A DNA stretch of 63,884 nt, the filler included, from Octopus bimaculoides (Eukaryota): NCBI RefSeq assembly GCF_001194135.2. It is 4 parts of 4 records of this genome, joined end to end, with 100 filler letters (N's around TTAATTAATTAA, not from the genome) between each part and the next. Parts side by side here need not be neighbours in the genome. Positions count along the whole stretch, not along the records: positions 47,710 to 62,059 come from NC_069009.1; 3 more parts are not named here. One strand, 5' to 3'. Position numbers and translations under genes: made by a program. Shown here one piece after another: positions 48,975-61,224 of this stretch (position 1 is the first letter of the stretch; every line of letters starts with the position of its first letter). A model generated the notes under the pieces. That model ran no database searches. It worked only from the letters and a program-made list of their open reading frames with translations, and was not told where the DNA came from.

Positions 48975-49386
48975 GGTGCAGGAGTGGCTGTGTGGTAAGT
49001 AGCTTGCTTACCAACCACATGGCTCCAAGTTCAGTCCCACTGTGGCACCTTGGGTAAGTGTCTTCTACTATAGCCTCAGGCCGACCAAAGCCTTGTTAGT
49101 GGATTTAGTAGACAGAAACTGAAATAAGCCTGTCATAGATATATATATGTATATGTGTGTGTGTGTGTGTGTCTGTGTGTGTGTGTGTCTGTGTTTGTTC
49201 CCCCACCATCACTTGCCGACTGATGTTGGTGTGTTTATGCCCCCGAATCTTAGCAGCTTGGCGAAAGACAGATAGAATAAGTACTAGGCTTATAAAGAAT
49301 AAGTTCTGGGGTCAATATCTTCAACTAAAGGTAGTGCTCCAGCATGGCCACAGTGAAATGGCTGAAACAAGTAAAAGAGTAAAGTA
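48975..49386 (+). mobile_element. SINE family B, full length
   Basis: Head, core, (GT)n and tail. Confidence 0.88.
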
Positions 49387-49466
49387 TTTATATTTCCATG
49401 AGCATGCACACACATACACACACACATTACTATGTGTACATATATATATATGTATATATGTACATA

Positions 49467-49673
49467 CGAGATAGTGCTGAAAAGTTCCTGGTTTTGGTAA
49501 AAGAAAATACAGGAGGATCAATTAAGATTTTATTCAACATATTCCTCTCTTAGATTCACACACTCATTGCAGCGGTCCTTCAATTTTTCTGAGCCATGTA
49601 AAAGAACTCATAAGGTTGGACCTCCAACCAGGCCTTTCACGACATCCTTAAAACTAGGAAGTTTTTAGCTCTC
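49467..49673. mobile_element. Tc1/mariner-like MITE (second copy, ends at a gap)
   Basis: TA-CGAG...CTGAAAAGTTCCTGG start; collinear with 37549. Confidence 0.65.
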
Positions 49674-49683
49674 NNNNNNNNNN

Positions 49684-49716
<33 letters not shown>

Positions 49717-50830
49717 TATATATATATATAGATTTGCTTGTGCATGTGTGAGCTTGTGTGTCTACATACTGATATATACAAACCTCCATACACGCACACA
49801 AATATACACACATCTCCGTACATGAGAGGTACGTATGTAAATAACAATTTGTGATTAAATCTTTTTATAAATGCATTTCGACGGAGAAATTAGATTTGTG
49901 TCTGAAACCATTATGGCGTGGAGGTGGCAGTGGTGGTGGTGTGTACGATGAAAGAAATTGATGGACGAGATAGTGGTGGCGGGGGGGGGGNNNNNNNNNN
50001 NNNNNNNNNNNNNNNNNNNNNNNNNNNNNNNNNNNNNNNNNNNNNNNNNNNNNNNNNNNNNNNNNNNNNNNNNNNNNNNNNNNNNNNNNNNNNNNNNNNN
50101 NNNNNNNNNNNNNNNNNNNNNNNNNNNNNNNNNNNNNNNNNNNNNNNNNNNNNNNNNNNNNNNNNNNNNNNNNNNNNNNNNNNNNNNNNNNNNNNNNNNN
50201 NNNNNNNNNNNNNNNNNNNNNNNNNNNNNNNNNNNNNNNNNNNNNNNNNNNNNNNNNNNNNNNNNNNNNNNNNNNNNNNNNNNNNNNNNNNNNNNNNNNN
50301 NNNNNNNNNNNNNNNNNNNNNNNNNNNNNNNNNNNNNNNNNNNNNNNNNNNNNNNNNNNNNNNNNNNNNNNNNNNNNNNNNNNNNNNNNNNNNNNNNNNN
50401 NNNNNNNNNNNNNNNNNNNNNNNNNNNNNNNNNNNNNNNNNNNNNNNNNNNNNNNNNNNNNNNNNNNNNNNNNNNNNNNNNNNNNNNNNNNNNNNNNNNN
50501 NNNNNNNNNNNNNNNNNNNNNNNNNNNNNNNNNNNNNNNNNNNNNNNNNNNNNNNNNNNNNNNNNNNNNNNNNNNNNNNNNNNNNNNNNNNNNNNNNNNN
50601 NNNNNNNNNNNNNNNNNNNNNNNNNNNNNNNNNNNNNNNNNNNNNNNNNNNNNNNNNNNNNNNNNNNNNNNNNNNNNNNNNNNNNNNNNNNNNNNNNNNN
50701 NNNNNNNNNNNNNNNNNNNNNNNNNNNNNNNNNNNNNNNNNNNNATATATATACACACACATATCGTATATGTATATATGACGTGTATATATATATATAT
50801 ATACACACATATCATATATGTATATATGAC

Positions 50831-50867
<37 letters not shown>

Positions 50868-51099
50868 TATATACACACACACATATACTTATATTGATAT
50901 ATGTATATGTGTAGATATGTGTAGATATATATACATATACACATATCTATATATGTGTATACACATACACGCACACACATAAGAAGAAAGCTTAATTATT
51001 GAGAGGGTTAGGATAGATAATATGTGGAAACAAGTTGTGGAGATGGCAAAGTCAATGGAAGAAATGTAGCCCTCCCTTTCTCACCACCACCAGAGAGAA

Positions 51100-53300
51100 A
51101 TGAGTGAGTGAGTTAGCTACAAGTGGGGAAATGGTTTAGGACCTGACATAGAGAGAAGTGGGAAAAGACAGAACGAGAGAAAGGGGGAAGAGAGAGGAGA
51201 GTGAGGGAGGCAGGTGTAGATACTGAGAGAGTTTGGGAATGGAAACATGTTGAAACAAAAGATGTAGGATCGTGTGGGACAATTTAAGGATCTGGAATGA
51301 TGTAGGAGAGATAGCTACAAGTTTCCTTTGGGGAAAGAGAGAGGGAGAAGGGATTAGAGAGAAAGAAAGAGAATAAGAGGGAGAGACAGATTAGTTAGTG
51401 AGAGTGAGGGAGAGAGAAAGAGAAATGGATTAGTTAGTGAGATGGGGTAGGAGAGAGATAGCTACAAGTGTTCTTTGACAGAGAGAATGAGAGACAGTGA
51501 GAGGGAGAGAGATTAGTGAGAGAGAGATTAGTGAGAGAGAGATTAGTGAGAGAGAGATTAGTGAGAGAGAGAGAGGGAAAGAGATATATATAGAGAGAGG
51601 GAAAGAGATATAGAGAGATAGATAGAAAGGGATTAGTTTGGGAGAGACTGTAGGAGAGAGATAGCTACAAGTGTTCTTTGAGGAAACAGAGAGAATGAGA
51701 AAGAGAGAAAAGGGGAGAGAGAGTGATGGAAAGAGAAAGAGGGATTAGTTACAGAGAGAGAGTTGGATTGAAAACACATCGGAATAAAAGAAAGAGATGT
51801 AGTGGGGTTGAGTGGGGACCTGAGAAGAAATAGAAGGAAAATAGCCACAAGTTTTCTTTGGTGTAGGAGAGTCCTGGAAAGAGAGAGAGAGAGAGAATGA
51901 GAGAGAGGGGAGGGGAGGGGAGNNNNNNNNNNNNNNNNNNNNNNNNNNNNNNNNNNNNNNNNNNNNNNNNNNNNNNNNNNNNNNNNNNNNNNNNNNNNNN
52001 NNNNNNNNNNNNNNNNNNNNNNNNNNNNNNNNNNNNNNNNNNNNNNNNNNNNNNNNNNNNNNNNNNNNNNNNNNNNNNNNNNNNNNNNNNNNNNNNNNNN
52101 NNNNNNNNNNNNNNNNNNNNNNNNNNNNNNNNNNNNNNNNNNNNNNNNNNNNNNNNNNNNNNNNNNNNNNNNNNNNNNNNNNNNNAGAGGGAGAGAGAGA
52201 GAGGTAGAGGGAGAGAGAGAGGGACAGAGAGAGAGGGACAGAGAGAGGGAGAGAGTGGGAGAGAGAGGGGAGACAGAGAGAGAGGGAGAGGGAGAGACGG
52301 AGAGAGAGAGAGAGAGAGAATAGGGTCTTTGAGGGTGAATGGGATTGGAGAAGTGGAAAGAAAAAAAGAGATGAAAGGGTCAAGTGGAGAAATTTAGGGT
52401 TCTGAGAAATAGGAGCAAGTTAACTACAAGGGATTCCTTGGAGAAAAAGACAGGGAATTTTGTTTGTAAGGGACAGAAGTGGTGACATGTGGAAGGAAAC
52501 AAGCAGTGGAGATGAAGGGATTAAGCAAAGAAATTTAAGGCGCTGAAGGGAAAAAAGGATAACTCCAATTTTTCTATGATGAAGGGTTGTGTAGAAGGTA
52601 AGGGGATATTAATGAAAGGAAAGAGAGGGGGCACTTTAGTTACTAGGGAAGGATGGGAAGGTAGTGTGTGGAAACAAGGGGTGAAAATGTAAGGGGTTGA
52701 GTGGAAAAATTTAGGGTCTTGAGATAAAGCAGGAGGCAGATAGCTGCAAGCGTTTCCTGAGAAAGAGATGTAGGGATTGGGGACATGACAGAGAAAGAGG
52801 GGGAAGAGATAGAGTAAGGAGAAAAGCAGAGAAAGGGAAGGGGTTAGGATTAGGGTTCAGCAAAGATAAAAGAAAGGAGAGAGAGAAAGTAAAGAGTAGA
52901 AGAAGAAAGGTGGAGAGAGAAGAAAGAGGAAGAGAGAGGGGGCAGAGAAAGAGAAAGAGAGAAAGGGGAGTTTAGTTACTGCATGCTGATAAATAGATAT
53001 GTAAGGTGGAGAAGGCCAGAGGCAGGAAACAAATTTAGGGATCAAATAAAAAATAGATGGTAGAGGGAGCTAGAAGTGTTCCTTAAGAAAGGAAGGAGAT
53101 ATAGAGTTGGGAATACGACAGTGAGAGACAGAAGTGACAGAAAGAGTGAGTAAGGGTGAGAAATGAAAATGAAGTGGGTTGAGGTTAGAAATTTAGGGGT
53201 CTGAAGGGAAAAGAGATAGTTGTAATTGTTTCCTAATGAAGGGGAATGTGAGAGGTAAGTGTAAGTGTTGAAAATACTGGAAATATTGTTTGCAGAGTAA
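51100..53300 (+). repeat. Purine-rich degenerate tandem repeat
   Basis: Recurrent GAGATAGCTACAAGTGTTCTTTG-like and AAATTTAGGG motifs in a GA-rich matrix. Confidence 0.6.
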
Positions 53301-53464
53301 TTATATATCAAAACAGGAGATAGGAAAAATGCTTTGGTATTATGTCTTCACCATTACACATGTTTCATTTGCTAATAGGAAGTACAAAATTGTACATGCT
53401 GGAGAAACATGTAAGATATCTCCTATCAAAAAATTTTCAGGCACAGAATCAATAGAAAGTATAT

Positions 53465-53511
<47 letters not shown>

Positions 53512-53674
53512 AAAAAACATAGATAGATTGAAGTGGGGCTAAGTTCATTTTGCAACTACCATGGTCCTGGGTTCAGTCCCACAGCGTGCCAAATTGGGCA
53601 AGTGACTTTTACAATAGCCCTAACCAACCAATGTTTTGTGAGTGAATTTGGTAGATGGAAACTGAGTAGAAGTA

Positions 53675-54010
53675 CCACTTTAAAGAACTTTTAGTCGAAT
53701 GTATCAACCCCCAACACTTGGTTTTAAAGCCTGGTCCTTATTCTATCAGTCTTTTTTGCTGAACTGCTAAGCTATAGGAGCATAAACACACCAACAGCAG
53801 TTGTCAAGCGATGGTGGGGAGACAAACATAGACACAAACACACACACACATATAGATACTTTCAACGGGCTTCTTTCAGTTTCTGTTTACCAAATCCACT
53901 CACAAGGCTTTAGTAGAAGACACTTGCCCAGGTGTCTTGCATTAGGACTGAACTTAGAAACATGTGATTGGGAAGTAAGCTTCTTACCACACAGCCATGC
54001 CTGTGCCTAT
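53675..54010 (-). mobile_element. SINE family B
   Basis: Lies next to an opposite-strand family B head at about 53535-53670. Confidence 0.75.
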
Positions 54011-54746
54011 AATANNNNNNNNNNNNNNNNNNNNNNNNNNNNNNNNNNNNNNNNNNNNNNNNNNNNNNNNNNNNNNNNNNNNNNNNNNNNNNNNNNNNNN
54101 NNNNNNNNNNNNNNNNNNNNNNNNNNNNNNNNNNNNNNNNNNNNNNNNNNNNNNNNNNNNNNNNNNNNNNNNNNNNNNNNNNNNNNNNNNNNNNNNNNNN
54201 NNNNNNNNNNNNNNNNNNNNNNNNNNNNNNNNNNNNNNNNNNNNNNNNNNNNNNNNNNNNNNNNNNNNNNNNNNNNNNNNNNNNNNNNNNNNNNNNNNNN
54301 NNNNNNNNNNNNNNNNNNNNNNNNNNNNNNNNNNNNNNNNNNNNNNNNNNNNNNNNNNNNNNNNNNNNNNNNNNNNNNNNNNNNNNNNNNNNNNNNNNNN
54401 NNNNNNNNNNNNNNNNNNNNNNNNNNNNNNNNNNNNNNNNNNNNNNNNNNNNNNNNNNNNNNNNNNNNNNNNNNNNNNNNNNNNNNNNNNNNNNNNNNNN
54501 NNNNNNNNNNNNNNNNNNNNNNNNNNNNNNNNNNNNNNNNNNNNNNNNNNNNNNNNNNNNNNNNNNNNNNNNNNNNNNNNNNNNNNNNNNNNNNNNNNNN
54601 NNNNNNNNNNNNNNNNNNNNNNNNNNNNNNNNNNNNNNNNNNNNNNNNNNNNNNNNNNNNNNNNNNNNNNNNNNNNNNNNNNNNNNNNNNNNNNNNNNNN
54701 NNNNNNNNNNNNNNNNNNNNNNNNNNNNNNNNNNNNNNNNNNNNNN

Positions 54747-54785
<39 letters not shown>

Positions 54786-56770
54786 TCCAAGAGCGCAATA
54801 GTGTGTGGTACATACAGAGAGATAAACCGCATAGTAACCAAAAACAAAGACATATACAAACACACAACACCATACGCAATACTCCCCCCATCTACTCATC
54901 GTATTAATGCATATACAGGCATTACATTTCACCAATAAAATTTGCTTAAGGAGATTACGGCACCAAATCGATAGATTTGGCACAAGCAGAATACCATTGC
55001 TAAAGAACTTCCTACCAGAATAATGACGAACTTTGTAAAATTCAATTTGTCTTTCTTTGCAATCTTATTAGTCAACATTTTACGGTGCTCGGATGGGATA
55101 TTGGTTGAAGAGGAAGAGAGGGTGAAGAAGAGGAAGGGGCAGAGGCAGATATGATGGAGCCGTTGGTGTAGGTTCTTTTTTTCTTTTTGGAGGGGTGGGG
55201 CTGAAGTGTGACAGTTTTTTTATGTTTCTGTTTTTGATATCTGTTATTGTCTTTTTTTTTCAGGGTGGGGGTTATTGTGTTGTTTTCTTGGTGTATATAT
55301 GCATGTGTGTATATATATNNNNNNNNNNNNNNNNNNNNNNNNNNNNNNNNNNNNNNNNNNNNNNNNNNNNNNNNNNNNNNNNNNNNNNNNNNNNNNNNNN
55401 NNNNNNNNNNNNNNNNNNNNNNNNNNNNNNNNNNNNNNNNNNNNNNNNNNNNNNNNNNNNNNNNNNNNNNNNNNNNNNNNNNNNNNNNNNNNNNNNNNNN
55501 NNNNNNNNNNNNNNNNNNNNNNNNNNNNNNNNNNNNNNNNNNNNNNNNNNNNNNNNNNNNNNNNNNNNNNNNNNNNNNNNNNNNNNNNNNNNNNNNNNNN
55601 NNNNNNNNNNNNNNNNNNNNNNNNNNNNNNNNNNNNNNNNNNNNNNNNNNNNNNNNNNNNNNNNNNNNNNNNNNNNNNNNNNNNNNNNNNNNNNNNNNNN
55701 NNNNNNNNNNNNNNNNNNNNNNNNNNNNNNNNNNNNNNNNNNNNNNNNNNNNNNNNNNNNNNNNNNNNNNNNNNNNNNNNNNNNNNNNNNNNNNNNNNNN
55801 NNNNNNNNNNNNNNNNNNNNNNNNNNNNNNNNNNNNNNNNNNNNNNNNNNNNNNNNNNNNNNNNNNNNNNNNNNNNNNNNNNNNNNNNNNNNNNNNNNNN
55901 NNNNNNNNNNNNNNNNNNNNNNNNNNNNNNNNNNNNNNNNNNNNNNNNNNNNNNNNNNNNNNNNNNNNNNNNNNNNNNNNNNNNNNNNNNNNNNATATAT
56001 ATATATATATATATATATACATATCATGGTGTTGGGGCTACATAAGGGGAGAGAATTCATTTAATTTCTTTTTTATCTAATTTTGGTCTGTGATACCTTT
56101 TCTTCTTCTGTTTCTGATGATGATGATAGTGGTGGTGGTGGTGGTGATGTTTGGCAGGGAGTGGTGTCCTTTCCTTTCCTTCCTTTATTCTCAATGAAAT
56201 AATTTCATAGAAAATGTATTTTTCCATGCTATAATTGGCCCTCTTTGTTTTTCACTATAGCTTTTGTGTTCTCCATTTTCTTTTTTTGGCAGCCATTTTT
56301 TTCTTATTTTCCCTCTTTTTTTTTCCACATTTATTATATTTTTTATGTATAACTTTGTTATTATTCCTGCTGTTGTTGCTGGTTTTGTTTGTCATTGTTG
56401 TTCAAATAATAATTGTTGTTATTGTCATTGCTGCTTTTATTATTGTTGACATTGTTGCTGTAGTTGTTGTTGCTGTTGTTATTGTAGTAGCTGCTGTCAT
56501 CCTAGCTGTTGTTGTTGTTGATGCTGTTTTTGAGTCTGTTGTTTTCTTGTCGATGTTATTCAGACAATACAGAAGCTCTCACACGGCTAAATACGGCCCC
56601 TATTTTAAAGAGACAAAGCAGTTTACTTAGTGAGAGATTTGGCTGTTATATTCAGTAAGGTCAAGTACCTACGTTGAAACACAATCAATTATGAAAGTGG
56701 TCCCTATTTTAAGGAGAGAGGAAGAGCTTGTAGAGTGAAGTTTTGTCTGATTACCGTCACCCAAAGATCA

Positions 56771-57155
56771 ATGTTGTTGGCACTCCATCGCTTACGACGT
56801 CGAGGGTTCCAGTTGATCCGATCAACGGAACAGCCTGCTCGTGAAATTAACGTGTAAGTGGCTGAGCACTCCACAGACACATGTACCCTTAACGTAGTTC
56901 TCGGGGATATTCAGCATGACACAGTGTGACAAGGCTGGCCCTTTTGAATTACAGGCACAACAGAAACAGGAAGTAAGAGTGAGAGAAAGTTGTGGTGGAA
57001 GAGTACAGCAGGGTTTGCCACCATCCCTTGCCGGAGCCTCGTGGAACTTCAGGTGTTTTCGCTCAATAAACACTCACAACGCCTGGTCTGGGAATCGAAA
57101 CTGCGATCCTATGACCGCGAGTCCGCTGCCCTAACCACTGGGCCATTGCGCCTCC
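56771..57155 (-). mobile_element. SINE family A, full length with TSD
   Basis: TSD TC(A/G)CCCAAAGATCA at 56757-70 and 57156-69. Confidence 0.9.
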
Positions 57156-57174
57156 TCGCCCAAAGATCATACAT

Positions 57175-57430
57175 ATAGATGATCATCACCATCATCATCA
57201 TTATTATCATCACCATCACCATTATTACCATCATTGTCATCATCTTCATCACCATCATCATCATTATTACCATCATTGTCATCATCACCATCATCGCCGT
57301 CATCATCAGCTTCATCACCATCATCATTATTATTACCATCATCATCACCACTACCCTCATCAACATCAGTATCATCCTAACCACCACCACCAACATCACC
57401 AACATGATTATCATCATCACAATCATCATA
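57175..57430. repeat. Degenerate (CAT)n trinucleotide tract
   Basis: Seen directly; it explains the Ile-rich and Met-rich spurious ORFs. Confidence 0.9.
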
Positions 57431-58010
57431 ATGATTTCAAATTTTGGCACAAGGCCAGCAATTTCAGGGGTGGGACTAAATTGATTACATCAACCCCAGT
57501 CATCAATTAGTACTTAATTCATTGACCCCAAAAGGGTGAAAGGCAAAGTCAACCTCAGCAGAATTTGAACTCAGAACATAAGGATGAACAAAATGCTGCT
57601 AGGCGCAGGAGTGGCTGTGTGGTAAGAAGCTTGCTTCTCACCCACATGGTTCTGGGTTCAGTCCCACTACATAGCACCGTGGGCAAGTGTCTTCTACTAT
57701 AGCCTCGTGCCGACCAAAGCCTTGTGAGTGGATTTGGTAGATGGAAACTGAAAGAAGCCCGTCATGTTTGTGTGTCTGTATTTGTTCCCTCACAATCACC
57801 TGATAACAAATGTTGGTGTGTTTACGTCCCTGTAACTTGGCAGTTTGGCAAAAGAGACTGACAGAATAAGTACTAGTCTTACAAAGAATAAGTTCTGGGG
57901 TTGAATTGTTCGATTAAAGGTGGTGCTCCAGCATGGCCGCAGTCAAATGACTGAAACAAGTAAAAGAGTAAAGCATTTTGCCCTGCATGCTAATGATTCT
58001 GCCAGCTTAC
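57430..58010 (-). mobile_element. Family C copy interrupted by a family B insertion
   Basis: The family C motif GCTA|AGCATTTT is split at 57601/57972. Confidence 0.8.
57602..57971 (+). mobile_element. SINE family B, full length, nested
   Basis: Head through TAAAAGAGTAA tail. Confidence 0.9.
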
Positions 58011-59043
58011 CACAATCATCATAATCATCACCATCATCGTCGTCTAACATCTGTGTTCTATGCTCTCATGGATTGGATGGTTTAACAGGATCCGATGTGT
58101 CCAAGGACTGTGTTGGGCTTCAAAACTTCCTTCGGCATGGTTTCTATGTTGAACCGACAACAACGAAACATATACCTGCTCCTAACTACAAAGCCATACC
58201 GGCCTTCCATCCACCACAATCCACCAAACCTATTCCATGCTTTCCCCACATCCCAATCTCATGCTTCTTGTTAGACATGTCAGTATTATACGAAGAAGAA
58301 AACAAAATTTACCATCTACATGGAAGAGACAGTCACGAACTCAGAAGTTTACGGAGATCATTTGTGCATCCTATTTTTTAAAATATTCTTTTGGCAGATG
58401 TTGTTATTGTTTTGTGACTGCGAGTGTGTTTTTTTTTTAATTTAAATTCTAATTCTACTGAATTTTGATGAAAATTTTTTTACTTTTTATTATTATTTTT
58501 TTTTGCTTTGCAAATTTAAAGNNNNNNNNNNNNNNNNNNNNNNNNNNNNNNNNNNNNNNNNNNNNNNNNNNNNNNNNNNNNNNNNNNNNNNNNNNNNNNN
58601 NNNNNNNNNNNNNNNNNNNNNNNNNNNNNNNNNNNNNNNNNNNNNNNNNNNNNNNNNNNNNNNNNNNNNNNNNNNNNNNNNNNNNNNNNNNNNNNNNNNN
58701 NNNNNNNNNNNNNNNNNNNNNNNNNNNNNNNNNNNNNNNNNNNNNNNNNNNNNNNNNNNNNNNNNNNNNNNNNNNTGTAGTACTGCTAAGCTAAAGGAAC
58801 ATAAACAAACTGACACTGGTCATCAAGTGGTGGTGGTGGCGGTGGTGGTGGTTTTTGGCGGGGAAAAATAGAAACATAAACCCATACATCCATATTTCTC
58901 TCTCTCTCTTTATATATATATATATATTTATATTTAAATAATAAGGGTGAAAAATTGAATATTAATTTGATTAATATCAATTTAAAACCAGTGGCCTAGC
59001 ATATTGAAAAATCTGAAGATTCAGAAAAATTATATTACATACA

Positions 59044-59316
59044 TATAAGAGGGATGACCACTAAGTGGACATCCATTTTGCTAGAAGTAGACCACCTACG
59101 GTCTGATGACTAAGAAAAGATTGTTCTCAAGAAAATTCAGCAAACGCCAGAACGTAAGTGAGCAAGACAAATATTTTGTATCTTTTCATTTGTCTCGCTT
59201 GCTTACATTCTGGTGTTTGCGGAATTTTCTTAAGAATAATCTTTTCTTAGTGGTCAGACCATATGGCATCTACTTCTAGTAAAAGGGATGTCCACTTAGT
59301 GGTCATCCCTCTTATA
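59044..59316. mobile_element. Foldback (hairpin) MITE
   Basis: Perfect 31-bp terminal inverted repeat (59044-74 / 59286-316) continuing as imperfect ~130-bp arms; TA-rich flanks. Confidence 0.85.
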
Positions 59317-59587
59317 TGTATATATATAAATATGTTAAAGAAGTGATTGAGAATTTAAACATCACTTCTTTAACATATTTACCAAATCCACTCACAAGGC
59401 TTTGGTTGGTCTGAAACTACAGTAGAAGACACCTGCAGTGGTATTGAACCCAAAACCATGTAGCTGGGAAGCAAGCTTCTTACCACACAGCGACACCTGC
59501 ACCTATCTATTTATCTATATGTGTGCATGTGACAGGCTTCTTTCAGTTTCCAACTACCAAATCCATTCAAAAGACTGGCAATAATAA

Positions 59588-59623
<36 letters not shown>

Positions 59624-59990
59624 ATGTGACAGGCTTCTTTCAGTTTCCAACTACCAAATCCATTCAAGGCAATAATAAAAGACACTTACCCAAGGTGCCA
59701 CTCAGATTGAACCCAGAACCATGAAGTTAGGAAGCAAGCTTCTTACCACACAGCCATGCCCTATCTTTCCAAGCTGTCTCTTTAAATTTGCAGCTCATCT
59801 TCCACCTCTTAAATTTATTGTTCTCAATCAATGAACATTGATGGGCAATTTATTTTATTGGCTACAGAAGTTGAATATAACCGACCATCACATTCAACAA
59901 CGTCCTACACACACACACACACACACAAACAGAAGACAAAAATAATAAGAGTTATGACACAGAGAAAACATAGCAAAGAAAGTAAAACGA

Positions 59991-60020
59991 TCTCTCTCTC
60001 TCTCTCTCTCTCCAGTCTCG

Positions 60021-60051
<31 letters not shown>

Positions 60052-60820
60052 NNNNNNNNNNNNNNNNNNNNNNNNNNNNNNNNNNNNNNNNNNNNNNNNN
60101 NNNNNNNNNNNNNNNNNNNNNNNNNNNNNNNNNNNNNNNNNNNNNNNNNNNNNNNNNNNNNNNNNNNNNNNNNNNNNNNNNNNNNNNNNNNNNNNNNNNN
60201 NNNNNNNNNNNNNNNNNNNNNNNNNNNNNNNNNNNNNNNNNNNNNNNNNNNNNNNNNNNNNNNNNNNNNNNNNNNNNNNNNNNNNNNNNNNNNNNNNNNN
60301 NNNNNNNNNNNNNNNNNNNNNNNNNNNNNNNNNNNNNNNNNNCTCTCTCTCCAGTCTCGTCTCCTCTCTCTCTCTCCAGTCTCGTCTCCTCTCTCTCTCT
60401 CCAGTCTCGTCTCCTCTCTCTCTCTCTCCACTCACTCTTTTCTCTCTCTCTCCAGTCTCATCACATCTCTCTCTCTCTCTCTCCAGTCTTGTCTCATCTC
60501 TCTCTCTCTCTCTCTCCAGTCTTGTCTCATCTCTCTCTCTCTCTCTCCAATCTCGTCTCATCTCTCTCTCTCTCTCTCTCTATCTTTCATTCCAGTCTCA
60601 TCTCTCTCTCTCTCTCTCTCCAATCTCGTCTCATCTCCCTCTCTCTCTCTCCAGTCTTGTCTCATCTCTCTCTCTCTCCAGTCTCGTCTCATCTCTCTCT
60701 CTCTCTCCAGTCTCGTCTCATCTCTCTCTCTCTCTCTCTTTATCTCTCTTTGCAGTCTCCTTTCATCTCTCTCTCTCTCTCCACTCACTCTTCTCTCTCT
60801 CTCCAGTCTCATCTCATCTT
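59991..60820 (+). repeat. Compound minisatellite (CT)n-CCAGTCTCGTCTC(A/C)
   Basis: More than a dozen units visible around a gap. Confidence 0.85.
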
Positions 60821-60990
60821 TCCATTCTCTCTCCAACTGAAGCAGCTATATACCTCCCCTACTGCAAAACACCTATTTGAGGGGGTGTGTGGCTCAGTGG
60901 TTAGCATGCTGGACTTATGATCGTCAGTTTGTGATTTTGATTCTTGGACCAGGCAGTGCACTGTGTTCTTGAGCAAAACACTTCATTTCA

Positions 60991-61021
60991 CCTGGGTTCT
61001 CATTCCTAAGATATTTTTCAA

Positions 61022-61059
<38 letters not shown>

Positions 61060-61222
61060 TCACTGCCTGGAATCGAACTCAGAATCTTGGGGTTAATAGC
61101 CCACGCTCTTAACCACTACGTTATATGCTTGTGGGCATATGGCATAGTGGTTAAGGAATGAGAACCCAAGTTCGAAATTTCCCCAAGACACCTGATGAAG
61201 GCTGGAGGGTATATCAGCCGAA
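60991..61222. mobile_element. Inverted-duplicated insert with tRNA-like head and hammerhead core (Penelope/retrozyme-like)
   Basis: Duplicated ACTTCATTTCA at 60980-90 and 61223-33. The left part is an inverted copy of the right part, with a central hairpin at 61108-61155. Confidence 0.7.
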
Positions 61223-61224
61223 AC
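61188..61224 (+). ncRNA. Hammerhead ribozyme catalytic core, truncated before the cleavage site
   Basis: ACAC-CUGAUGA-A-GGCUG-[GAGGGUAUAU]-CAGCC-GAAAC: both conserved core strands bracket a 5-bp stem II. The stem III 3' strand, cleavage triplet and stem I partner are missing in this copy. Confidence 0.6.

Noticed and set aside
19085-56080. Long ORFs in the track that span N runs, including the 331-aa extension of TCF exon 1
   Set aside because: They are open only because N gives no stops; TCF similarity ends at the 19234 donor.
59520-59680. ~50-bp local duplication within a family B remnant
   Set aside because: Flanks a (GT)n tract, so slippage or an assembly effect is sufficient.
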